Both the position numbers and the translations under genes were made by a program. DNA of 63,917 nt, the filler included, from Lenisia limosa (taxonomy: Eukaryota > Protista > Breviatea), in assembly GCA_001655205.1 (NCBI GenBank). It is 15 parts of 15 records of this genome, joined end to end, with 100 filler letters (N's around TTAATTAATTAA, not from the genome) between each part and the next. Parts side by side here need not be neighbours in the genome. Positions count along the whole stretch, not along the records: positions 8,833 to 24,375 come from LPNZ01010564.1; positions 24,476 to 27,950 come from LPNZ01005035.1; positions 28,051 to 33,728 come from LPNZ01005977.1; 12 more parts are not named here. The stretch is one strand, 5' to 3'. Under the pieces are notes generated by a model that was not told the origin of the DNA, made no database searches, and worked only from the letters and a program-made list of their open reading frames with translations. Positions within the stretch are counted from its first letter, which is position 1, and each line of letters opens with the position of its first letter. Below are positions 21,243 through 33,728 of this stretch, in pieces.

Positions 21243-24179
21243 TCGAGTCCACATACCGGGTGTTCTGTAGGTTCCTCGTTGAAAAGATCGGTCACTTGTG
21301 AGGCCGTCAGCTCCGAGTTCCAAACTCTCATCTGCGGGGTTAGGTCATAAGAAAGTTAGACTCAGATGCGATTTTGAGCAATACATCGTGGTTTTCATAA
21401 ATCTTAAAGGTTTATTGTAGCATCGGTACAGAACTGTTAAAAATCTCCACGATAAGTCTAAAGTGTGTNNNNNNNNNNNNNNNNNNNNNNNNNNNNNNNN
21501 NNNNNNNNNNNNNNNNNNNNNNNNNNNNNNNNNNNNNNNNNNNNNNNNNNAGACGATGATGACAATTATAATTCGGCCCTTACTTACCAGAGTCCTTTCT
21601 TGGTTTGCAACGGAGTCCAGGTTGCTGTTTGGGCAGAAGGAATCAGAATAATCCCCGTAGCCAGGGAAGAACGCCGTCTAAATAAATTAAAGGAAGGGAA
21701 ATACATAGACACAACCTCCTTTCTATGCTACTGGCCACAATCCTCGCCATTTAGGGCTTCACTTCGTTTCAAAAAAGACTGAATTTCTCGATAAATCCTC
21801 GATCAACTCTCAATGATACTCTGATACACTCGGGATGAACCCTCGTGTTATCATTTCGACTTGAAAGTCGGTCATATGATCATATCACTAGTGGATATGG
21901 GTTAACAATTTTCCGCAATTATATCATTTTTCTGCTATTATATCAGTTCTGTTGCTTGTTCACACTATTGAGCCACTTATAATCTGTTCTCCTTTGAGGA
22001 CGCTATCACTATTTACGATAATATTACTCTTTAAAGCCTTTGATGTATGCAATTCTAACTCTCTGGCACCTCCTGAATCTGTGACATAAGACGGATTTAG
22101 GAGGGCCTACCTGGGTTATTATGCAGGGGCTATTGTCCTTATTCATGAATCTAATCCTTGTAGGTATGCTGGGGAGGCACGCAGAAAGCTGTGTGCACAG
22201 AGTTGTAAGGCAAATGATTGGGTGAATTAATATTATACTATAATCCAATATCTCTTATCAGCGTGATGGTGAGGACGGCTTCGGCCAGATACATCTTTAT
22301 TATTTTTATTCTCATTTCTATATGCATATATATTACTCCTCATTTCATATTAATACCTACTCTCTTTATAGTACTTTCTCTCGTTATAAAATAATACCTA
22401 CTCTCTTATATTATAATACTTCAAAACTTGATACCTACTTCCTCGAAAAGGCGGTGACACTGACGATTAACATAATAATGATGATAAACATGAATCCAAC
22501 TTATTTCGCCAAACACTCTTCCACCCCCCCCCCGCACCATAGTGTCAAGCTCCAATGAAATTCCGGGTAAAGGGCAGTTCTGAGGGAAGGGGTNNNNNNN
22601 NNNNNNNNNNNNNNNNNNNNNNNNNNNNNNNNNNNNNNNNNNNNNNNNNNNNNNNNNNNNNNNNNNNNNNNNNNNNNNNNNNNNNNNNNNNNNNNNNNNN
22701 NNNNNNNNNNNNNNNNNNNNNNNNNNNNNNNNNNNNNNNNNNNNNNNNNNNNNNNTTATAAGAGTTGAAAAATGCAAATGAAAAAAAGGCAAAACCTTCC
22801 TCAACCCTACCCTACCAAAACAGCGAATTGCACATAAATAGCAAAATATATACATGAATTTTAATCCTCCTCCCACCACCAACGCCCCGTTGACGTATAA
22901 CTTGGAGGCTGTGGGTGCAAGGGTAATGACATAGTGGTTCATCGAATCTTGATCCGCTAGAGGGAGGGGAGAAGTAAAACGAAGGAAGTTTCGATGAAGA
23001 ATATTGGCGTAAAGAAGGCCTTTTTCGATCCGAAGTGGAGCCCTAGGTATCATATTGCCACCAACCTATTGGGGTACCACAGGGGTGTTGGTCGCTTTTA
23101 ATCCACACGTAGAGCTGGTTACTCTAAAATGTTGGAGGAATTCAAACGAGGGTTTGACAATAACACATATAATAGAGCTATATTTCTCAAAACTTCACTT
23201 TCAGTTCTGGTTCCGAAATCTAAGATCCAAAACCGCTTTCTCATAGTTAAATGTCCTTTATCCAGAGTGCGTAGAAATCCAAATACAATAACAAATATAG
23301 GTAGCGGACTACCTTTACTTACATAGTATGATAGAATAAAGGGACGGCTGTATGCGGAAGTTGCCTGGCCTGCACCCATTACTCCGCTGCTAGTCAACGC
23401 GATTGGTTTCAGCCACGTCTATGGGTGGTTTAATCAGGGAAAGTTGAGTGCGTTGAAGGATGTTTAAATATTGTAAGAAGAGAAGGTTAAATTTAGTGTG
23501 CAATGGAGGATATACATGTATGTAGCTAGAGAACATGCCAATTTAAAGTTTTGAAAGTTGAGGAAAAGCTCGTATTATATGTATAGCAATGAGAATAAAA
23601 AAATAAAGTTGTATTGGCCGAAGCCGTCCACACCATCAGCTCGTATAATATGACATAATAATACCTAAAACACTATCATTATCCTCATCCACTCATCATC
23701 GTCAATTAAACTTCCTATCCCACCAACCTCAAAACTAACATGGGTGCCAAGAGACATGGAGGGGAAAGAGGAGTAGCCTCCGTCTGTCATCACCTGTTAG
23801 TGTTAACATTAGGGCTTCAATTTGGTTCGAAAAAGTCCGGTAGTTTTCGAGGATTTATCAAAACATTAAGTCTTTTTTGAAAACCGTTGGGTTGAGCTTC
23901 GTCAAACATCAAACATAAGACAATACAACAAGAATATTCTCACAATTGCAAATAATAGAACTCAGTAGGTTTTTTTTTGAAGAATCGACAAAATTTGAAA
24001 TTAAAGTGTCTGAAATTGAGTTTATATTACAATAGCATAGGTATTTTGCAACTAATTTTCCAATTAATTACACAGAGTTGTACACATATAACACTAACTT
24101 GGCTCACCAAAGCTGTGGACACCTGTTGGAACGAAAACGTCTCGACTTCACAACAAGAGGAGCCAACACAGGTCTGGAA
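21243..24179 (-). CDS. LamG / concanavalin A-like (pentraxin-type) domain protein, multi-exon, partial
   Basis: Spliced exons give ...SLGTHVSFE|TWLKP..., ...HYVITLAPTASKLYVNGALV... and MRVWNSELTASQVTDLF. These resemble the LamG_3 signatures (FTxExWIKP; HxAxTxxxxxxxLYVDG; RIWNRALSxxEI). Confidence 0.6.
22164..22320 (+). repeat. Family C near-full-length copy (~160 bp, no TIRs)
   Basis: gtatgctggggaggcacgcagaaagctgt...gcgtgatggtgaggacGGCTTCGGCCagataca...ctcatt, closely similar to the reverse copy at 32717-32869. Confidence 0.85.
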
Positions 24180-24475
24180 GGAATAATATTTTATGCGGGA
24201 TAAGTAGGACTTCACTTCGGTTCGAAAAAAAAAGAATGAATTTCTGATAAATCCTTGCAAACTATCGAAATTTAATTTCGTTTATCCCCACCACCAACCA
24301 CATATACTCTCTCTGATAAAATCCAACAACCAGCCCAATACCTTCCCCAGAAACGCTAAAAATTCACACCTCCTCNNNNNNNNNNNNNNNNNNNNNNNNN
24401 NNNNNNNNNNNNNNNNNNNTTAATTAATTAANNNNNNNNNNNNNNNNNNNNNNNNNNNNNNNNNNNNNNNNNNNN

Positions 24476-27127
24476 CGGCCGCTGGAACGCTCCTCGATAG
24501 TGGAGTATTCAAAGTGGAAGAGGTCCAATACACAGGCCTAGGCCACAGAGAAACCCTCGAAAAGCCTGAGGGTCAAGGGGGTATATGCGATAGGCAGATG
24601 AAATTTAATCTGTTCATGTTACATATTATTAGTATCTATTATGTCCCCTTTCATGCATTGATTGATGTTCGTCGCAGGCACCAAGATTGCATTTGTCTCT
24701 GACCTACGATTTGGCGAAAACGACAAGCCTCATGCGGTCTCAATGCTTCAGGTAGTTTTATTTTTTAACAAAAGAAATAATATACATTAGAAATCTCGGG
24801 AAACAAATAAATACAGAGGGATACCATTAACAAATTACCATGCCTCAGTGGCCTATTGAAATTATACACGTATTTGTTGAAAATAATTCACGGGGGAGGG
24901 CGTTTCATACATTTCCATTTCGCGCCCTCCCCCCCCCCCCCCCNNNNNNNNNNNNNNNNNNNNNNNNNNNNNNNNNNNNNNNNNNNNNNNNNNNNNNNNN
25001 NNNNNNNNNNNNNNNNNNNNNNNNNNNNNNNNNNNNNNNNNNNNNNNNNNNNNNNNNNNNNNNNNNNNNNNNNNNNNNNNNNCAACATCAGCCGTTTGGT
25101 GGTTGCTGGTGGCTTGGTTCCCACTCCCAAAATTGACCGACGTGTCACTATCAATATCAAGGTATACAGAGATATTGGGCTATGGTTTAATTTTAATTCA
25201 CTCAATCATTTCGATTTTTGGTTGAGGTTGTATAAGGTTCTTATTGTTTTCATTTTCTAAAGCTCTACTTATCACACCCAGAGAGTACCTACTGTGACAG
25301 CAGATGACCCTCGTCTTTCTGCCCTCTCAGACGCGGATCATTGGATCACTGCCCTCGCACCCTCAATCAATGTGGATGGTGAGGGGGCTGCATAGTCCTG
25401 TTGTAATATTGTGTTATGCCTAAGTGGTTTGCTATCACTTTATTACAGTTCTAAAGCAGTCTTCTCTCTAGTTTTTATATGTTATATTTTATTTTATTTT
25501 ATTTTATTGTATTGTATTGTATTGTTTGTTTCAATCTCATTTGCCCTCTCTCCCCAGTTATGCCCGGTAAGGGAGATCCCACAAACGCCAGCCTCCCCCA
25601 AAAGCCGATGATTGGGCTCACGTTGCCGCTCAGCGCAAGATGTTCCTCAGTATCCCGCGTATCCAACCCCCATTGCTTTGTCACTGATAACACAAGGTTA
25701 GGCCGGGGTTACCGATAGGTTTTCTTTTTAATTTCGTTAGGATTTCTTCTTTGTTCAGGATTGTGATGCTAAGACAATGAGATTTATGATTCAGATTCTC
25801 TGGAACTTCAGGACAGTCAATTGAAGATTTGGTGCGGCTGATTTCAGGTATTTATGTACACTCCTATCAGTTCCCTTTGCATATCTTATATCAGTTCCCT
25901 TTGCATAACTTATATAATATCTGGATAATATTGTTTTTTTTATTATTATTTGTTTTTTTCGTACACATTGTAACCTGGAGTTGTAAGCTCTATCTCAAAC
26001 ATTCTTTACTATTATTAACACATATCATATGTTTATCTTTGCCTCAAACCGATCGAAAACTCTCCCAGTTCACATTCTAAAATTCCCTATAATACAAGCA
26101 GTTGATGACGAATGCAAGCGTATTCCAATTGAAGAGGGCAAGGAAGAGGCTGTAGGGGGGGGGGTGCTTTCACGTATTTCATTTACGGCAAATTTAACAA
26201 TATTTTCAGAACTAGTATCAAATATCAGATAATACCTAGCACTCAGTGAAATCCTGTGAATCCAGGCTCAGCAAGTACATATGATATATATACTGTCATA
26301 TCATATCATATGATATTATGTACTGATATATGATATAGTATATGGAAATGATTATAAAGAGGTAGATTCGGAGCAATCATTTCAGTTTTGTTGAAATGGG
26401 AACTTTGTGTCTCCAAGCTTCTCTATAAACTATGCATGTAGTTCAAAATCATGGGATGTATAGCAAATGTATTCATTGCCATTTAGGAATGTTCATTCTT
26501 TGGGGCCGCCAAGCTGATGACTAAATGGGGACATCTTGCTCCCACCGCACCCGATACCCTGGGTGGGCTGCCTGTGTGTTCAAGGCTGCTCTTTGATTTA
26601 TAACATTATGGGACTAAGTATATAGGACTAAGTTTCTCGAAAAATTAAACACAGTCTAAATAATAACTGGTCGTTTTGGTACCGTACAACATAGAGTAGC
26701 GTTACATCATCTTCCAATCTTTTTTAGTGCTTATCATGAGATAAAAACTACATTGGGCCATGTCAACATTTTTTATTGACCGCTGGACTTAACTATTATT
26801 AACTGTTAGATCCTAACAATCTTTCACTCAACACCAATAATAACCGCCTTAGACATGGCTCCCTTCACTGGTGTTGACCCCCTCGTGGCGGATAATTCGG
26901 ACGTCTTCTTCCATGGTGCCGCAGATAAGTTCAGCTCGGCGAGTATTCTTGGTGGGGTGGGGTAGTTTCAATGTGAGTGGGAGTTGATTATTATGATTGT
27001 AACTGACCTTATAGACGCGGAGGGAAAGCCAGTGACTCTTTTGACAATTCCAAGCTTCAACAAAACCGCCACAATTGTGGTGTATGACACGGTCTCTCGT
27101 GAGGCAACATCAGTGTCGTTCGACTAG
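24476..27127 (+). CDS. POLD2: DNA polymerase delta small (B) subunit, 5'-truncated by the scaffold end
   Basis: Exons collinear with POLD2/Pol31: AAGTLLDSGVFKVEEVQY, KIAFVSDLRFG, NISRLVVAGGL, VMPGKGDPTNASLPQKP...VSNPH, FSGTSGQSIEDL, GHLAPTAPDTL, MAPFTGVDPL...DVFFHG and PVTLLTIPSFNKTATIVVYD...SVSFD*. The stop is TAG at 27125-27127. Confidence 0.92.
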
Positions 27128-30100
27128 GTTATGGTGGTGGCGATTGTATATCTACTTTTTAGGTTAATGTATTTTTATTGTTGTTATACTACAAACGACA
27201 ACATTTATTTATCTAGGGGTTATATTCCTTTTTTTAGTCTTCCAATACAATATGCGCTCGCCCCGAAACCCGTGACGCAGATTGTATAATTCCTCCAACT
27301 TGCTTCAGCTACCTAGAAACTTGCTACCAACAATACAAATAATATATAATAAGTACAATATAAAGAGAGAAACGTATAATACGTTCGTAAACACGTTAGA
27401 GACAGCGCTAGAGCTTCATAGCGAAAGTTTGGCCTCCATTCCCGAGCCCCAAAGGCCTCCCATCCCTTTCTCTAGCTTCTAATTTGAAATTAGTACATAG
27501 CAGACAGAAAGGCCCTGCTGGGAGTCTCTATACGATTGTCCTTCCCCGACAGGTTGGATATGTTGATTCATAAGTGAATAGGGTGTTATCCTTTTTTTTT
27601 CGTCTATTGTTTTATTTTACCAGACTTAAGCTCTGTTAGTGTAATATGTTGACAATATTCAAAATGGATGAATTTTTCTGAAAATAGTTGATGGTGGATG
27701 TTGTTTTGACTGAGTGGAGTTGGAAGTACTTCTTTTATCCACTTTTACCTCGATTGTTAAGACTATTTTTTATTTCATTTTTGTTGCATTTCCCACTTCT
27801 ATTTATTCCTGCTGTGTTTGTTTTGTTTTGTTCTTGTTTAATTGTTTTGTTTTTTGCCAAAGTAGAATCCTTCATTTAGCGGTGGCTTTTTTCTAGTATT
27901 AGCGTTGTTTGCTCGTGTTTGTTATTGCTTGTTATTTTATTTTTTTTTTTNNNNNNNNNNNNNNNNNNNNNNNNNNNNNNNNNNNNNNNNNNNNTTAATT
28001 AATTAANNNNNNNNNNNNNNNNNNNNNNNNNNNNNNNNNNNNNNNNNNNNCCCACGGTTTTCGTTTTCAACTGCAGAGAAGTTACTGTTGTTTTGGGGGT
28101 TGTTGACCTGCGTGACACTTATCTAAGAGATTGTATTATGATTCATTATTTTTATCTCTTCCGCAGCGGCCCCATTATCCTTTATCGACATGTTAATATA
28201 TTCGGAAAGCTCGCTGAGTGTGACCAGTTTTTACTTCAAGGGATCGGATCGCTCGTGGCTGTAACTGAAACCTTAAAATCTTACCCGACCTGTTAACGTC
28301 TGTCAACAATCTGGTCTCTACCCTCCTAGAGGGAGAGGGACTCTGAGCCAGTACAACAGTGGAAGAGACAATGGTAACATGATCGTGTCGGTTTGAGATA
28401 TCTTGTCAGTTTTGACCTCCAGTCTCTAAACAAGTCGACTTGTTGTTCTCTAACTGTAAACAGTGTTTCAATTGGATACCAAACACAATAACGCAACCAC
28501 TTTCGTGGATTTGGCTCTATTCTGGTGTGTATAATAAATAGTGTAAAAAGAAAAAGAAAATTTGTTTCAAAGAACAAACTGTTTCAGAAATAACCCTCAA
28601 AAAAAAACTAATGGTCTCTCGATTTAAACATACCTTTTCCTGATAACTTGCTTGTTTTGACAAATCAAATCCGAATGGATTGATTTCAATTATGATAACA
28701 AGTAAACGAAGAGCTGATCGACGAACTTGAGATGATTTCAGATAATACTAAACTCAACAAACATCAGTGATACGAACATTCGCTAATGAAGCCAAATCAA
28801 TGAAAAGAGACACCGGACAAAACCCAGTTCATGTTAGTAAGAAATACAACTGCAACAAACAAATCCAAGTATTGAGGACTTTTACTCTACAAAATGAATG
28901 TGTATCTTTTCCTCGTTCAAGTAAGAGTGCAAAGAGAGTGTCTTCTAAAAAAGTAAAGAACATAAAACTTGTACAATGTAGCCGTTCCACAGTTGTCATA
29001 TAAAACAGATTATGCACTCAATATCAAATGTACTGCATCAAACACCTCCAGACAGTGGTCCATCTGACTTATCTGAAGTATAAAACATTCGGGGATATCA
29101 CTAAAATATCGTTTAAAGAACAAAAGGGATAGAGAGGGGAAGAAATGAGTGGATTATTGATAACATATTAGAGCTGTTATATCATATCATATATACTAAT
29201 TATAGACTAATACATACAATTACGTTATGATAGGATATGCATTTATTTGGATAATTATTAGGCCGCATTCGAAGTGTCAAGATTTCTCAGGAATCTTAAG
29301 ATTTCGTATTCGAAGGGTAAATTTTTCTGAAGTTCAACTTAAGTTTCGAAAGTGGCTCGGATGCCCAAGGCTCGGTGATTCTTCAGATTTGGCTGGGTTT
29401 CAAGACCCCGATTTTGGAGACTTAGGATTCTAAGGATTCCTTCTCCCTTCTTCCCTCCTGTATCCCCTCTTCTTTGCAGCTTCTTTTCTTCTATTTGACT
29501 TCAATGAATATTATTTAGTAGTTCTCAACTGTTTTGTTTGTTTTTTGTTTTTTTTATCATTGAAATTTTGCTAAGGACTCTCCTGCTACTGTGATGCATA
29601 ATGTAATCTTTTGTTCTACTCTAGCTGAGAAAGAGGAACTATTTCTAATTATTGTACAATGTTACTTCAAACAAAAATGTTCTAGGGGACTGACAGAACA
29701 AAAAGAATGTATAACGTACTTAAAAGGGTGCCGTGCAATACATTACCAACTAATGGTCAATTAAATTGCACCCTCTTTCTCCCAACCAATAAATTGGGAT
29801 TTTCAACAGTTTTGAATTAAAAATGACGACAGTAGATTGAAAATACCTACTTTGGGTTGTTTGACGATATAGTATTTTTTTCAAAAAAAAAACAAGGCTG
29901 ATCAATTTTAACAACGGTTGTGCCCAGTGAAAAATACGGATTGATATAAATTAATTGCAATTAATTTCTCTAATTAAGGTGGTGGTTCCACCTTCCATAA
30001 CTCACCATTGCAGGAGATTCAATATATTTATTTCCCAAAAATGAAAAATAACGCCTAATATAAGCTGTTTGAAAATATATAACATCTCAAGAGGTTAATA

Positions 30101-30679
30101 ATAGTTGGGAATTGAAGACAAGATATGAGCAGACTAAAAAGGAGTGAGAAAAAAATAGTGAGAAACACTCAATTCCAAACCTATAAGTTGATAACCTATT
30201 AAATTCTATAATCGTTGACGGGAAAAGGACAGTAGGGGGCAAGAGGAAGGAAGTAACGGTTAAAACAAAAAAAAAATCCAGTAGCCCTTTCTGAACACTC
30301 TTATTTTAAGCATCTAACTACCTACCCTTGTAAAGCTCGGATTAAATCTGAAAAGGAGTGATTTCTGTTTGTTCAGAGACAAAAGAAGTTTGGCGTGAAC
30401 GCATTTTGCCATGTCACTTTCTTTTTTCCTTTGAAATCCCTTTCTGTTCCTCTTAAAACAAAGTTGTAGTGTTACGGAAGCTTGAGAGGCTGCGTTACCA
30501 CTGGGATTCAGTGTAGACTTTGTTTCTCTTCGCGATATGCTGTCGATAGACCAATTGCCGGTCTGAGACCAAATATCAGTTCAATGAGCTTTTCTTAGAG
30601 CTGAGCTGTACAAAAAAGTACTGCAAATCACCCTTCCTCTTGTAAGCTATCTTGTATGGGTTCTCTTCTCACCTTTCAG

Positions 30680-32250
30680 CTCCTTCCACCACCAATTGAT
30701 ATTGCCAAGAATGAATGGCATACGAACGACGAGCTCATGGCCTTGTCCCAGAAGCTCCCCGCTCCTCTCTTGGTATGATCTGTTCTATTTGTCATTTTCA
30801 AGTACCAAACCAGGATTCACCCGAAGGTTGTTTTTCCTCCCCCGATGCCACTCTACCCCCTGGAGGTTGTCTCGCGAGAACTTGCGCATGCATTCTTGGT
30901 ATTTTTACCACATTGAGAAAATGGACCGACAGTTGAAGCAGCAACCCAGGTTCCCCATCTGCTATGATCAGATACTCGAAGGTTTGTGAGACTGTTTTGT
31001 GGTGAGAATTACCATTTAGTGCCGTGGATACGACTCCTTGGATTCCGTGAGCGCTGCCATGGCGGACAACAAGTTGGGTGGAATGCCTTGTGAGATGTCA
31101 TTTCTGCAGGGAAATCGGATTTTGATTCTTGATTTTAAGAGGGCGTTCATACACTACAGACCCTACATTTATTATGTCACAGAAATTTCGAATATTCTCT
31201 AAATTGGTGAACGGGTTCACTATATTAGGTAAAGTGGACCATTTTAGAGGCATTTTGAAGAAGTGGAGAGATTTTTAATACCAAACAATACATCGTATTA
31301 ATTATTTTAAAACGTCTCTTCTTTGTTGCGTTGTAATTGGAAGTGTCAAGTACTTCGCAAACTTAATGTGATTAATTCTTTGGTGGTAACACCAGGATTT
31401 CACTGGGGGGAGATAAAGAGTGGTCCTCATCCATTAGGAGGTCTCGATTACGGAACCAATCCAAAAGAATCAGGCAGACAAGAAAAGAAAAAAGAGAGGT
31501 TCTTTCAAAATGAAACAGAAAAAGGTCAAAAACACATTTATCCTAAAAAATAAGAGCAAACCAACCCTAGAGAGGCTTGGGGGAAGAGTCTCCTGGAGGG
31601 ACCTAATTTTTTCAAACTATTTTTTTCATCTCTGCAATTAATTGGCAATTAATTACCAATTAAGTTGGTAGTTCAATCGGAATTTTTCCATTTCTGACCA
31701 TTTAGATATATTTTGACAATTTTTCAATTTTGGAAAACTATCTCCTGAAATTAGTTGAAAGAGCCTCTCAGCGTTAAAGTAGGATAGTTGAACTTGAATA
31801 AGTGATTAACTACCGACAATACAATCATAATGGAGATGATTTACCCCCGTCTGGATGTTAGGGCAGTTCTGCGCAGCAACCAGCCTCTTTGGTTGAGGAA
31901 GGTGTTACTGACGTGGATGCTAACCACATCATCGTCAGAGACACCAACCTCATTGAGGCTGTGGGGCAGGCTGTCCTTGAGGAGCCGTTCTTTCTCAAGC
32001 TGAAGGATGCTGAAGGTTAGCTGAGAGTTTTTAGGCGTAGTATTTGAGGTTATGCTCTCTTTCCTTTCTTTTTGATGATGTTTTCGTAGGAATTGTCAAC
32101 GGGAACGGACCTCCCGCCAAAGGCCAGGTGAGTTTTACTATTATTTTTTTTATATCATTTCTATCGATCAATCTCAGGACCCAATGACCCCGACAGCTGG
32201 CGGCACAGTGCTCAGCCCACCTCATATTGAGATTCACACCGCCTTATATC
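30680..32250 (+). CDS. Multi-exon hypothetical protein
   Basis: Phase-compatible exons: DIAKNEWHTNDELMALSQKLPAPL, GFTRRLFFLPRCHSTPWRLSRENL, FPICYDQILE, LVEEGVTDVDANHIIVRDTNLIEAVGQAVLEEPFFLKLKDAE and GIVNGNGPPAKGQ. Confidence 0.45.
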
Positions 32251-32716
32251 ATATCATCCAAAACTAAATTAAATATTGTGAGCATATCTAAGTGCCCCAC
32301 TCAAGAAACGCAAATTTTTAAGAATAATTCGAATCTGAAGTACATTTCTAGAGAAAATACTGTGGTTTACAGACATTTAAGTAGACTTTTGTAACGATTT
32401 TTTTCAAGAATTTGAGCCAAGATAATGAAGCTAATGGATGGAACAATCGTCAAGTTGAAGTGTATGCTACATCAGTAAGGCATTTATCGTTCTGGAAAGG
32501 CACAGAAGGCGAGAGCCAAATTGGCTTGATCTTGGTCTTATCATATTTTTGTCAAGATTTGGTGAAATTTACGCTCATTTTTGCCAATTTTCATATTTCT
32601 TCACTGGTTAACAAGGAGTCTTATTTCCAAAATTGAAAGAATAATCCCATTTTTGTTCGCGGATTTAATCATTTTCGCGGTTTTTACCATATCATATCAT
32701 ATATTATATAATATAT

Positions 32717-32869
32717 CAATGAGAAATATAAAAAAAAGGTTGTATCTGGCCAAAGCCGTCCACACCATCACGCTTACAAGAGATATTGAATTATAATATA
32801 AATTCATTCACTCAATCATTAACCTTACAACTCTGTTCATACAGCTTTCTGCGTGCCTCCCCAGCATAC
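32717..32869 (-). repeat. Family C near-full-length copy
   Basis: Reverse copy of 22164-22320; the hairpin variant is ggctttggcc. Confidence 0.85.
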
Positions 32870-33640
32870 CATATTATATGTAGATAGTATGTATTATATA
32901 ATGTATAATAATAGTATATCATCTGATATAGTATAATATGTCATATACTGTAACATCATTGGTTAAAACGCGCGAACTTGATTAACGGGCTTTTATTTCA
33001 TTTTAGACAATTTCTTATTAGCCACACACCCCCCCCCCTTCACTTTGCCTAAATTATCTTAAAAAAAAAACGAACTGAGAAAGAAATATACAAGGAATGA
33101 TGTCAGAGCTTTGAAGACCCACATCATATCTGTACTATGCCATATGTCATATGTAATATGTTAATCAGAACAGCACCTAATGCAACAACTAACTTTTTTC
33201 AGGAGAATTTGATATCTTACATTTTATGGAACAAGAAAGCAGAGAAATAAGAGAACAGCGTAGTGAAACACACAAGATGAAAAAATTAAATATGAATACC
33301 TCACTACTAAAAAGAACAAGAAGATCATCAGTTAACAGGAAATGAACGGAACTCTCACAAAGAGCTTCCTAAAAAACTTATGATTACGGTGTAAGAAAAT
33401 GGGTGGTAGAAAATGCAGATCACCGTCCATATATCTGACTTTTACAATATCTGTGATTTTTTGAACAATGATAAATTTAGACTGTTAAGGACTGTCATTG
33501 ACAGAAATAGGGTTGTTTATCTGATTAAGACTGAGGAAAACCTTGAATGTTATTACAGAGAACACACCACTAAGATTCTACTCTACCGGCATAAAAAAGA
33601 AGTAAAACTGCAGTTAAAATATATATTACTAATAAAAAAA

Positions 33641-33728
33641 GAGCTCTCGGCGGGAATCGATCTCACGTCCTACGAAGTTGAAAACACAATTTAGGTCATC
33701 CACTGAGATGAACTGAACTCTGGGGTCA
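33641..33728 (-). ncRNA. tRNA-like / SINE-head-like element, copy 1
   Basis: Minus strand: tcagttcatctcagtgga (A-box-like) ... gagatcgattccc (B-box-like) ... ttttttt. Homologous to 40344-40431. No clean cloverleaf. Confidence 0.45.

Noticed and set aside
22164-22195. Hammerhead ribozyme in family C (CTGGGGA...GAAA)
   Set aside because: The core is not CUGANGA and no viable stem II forms between the motifs.
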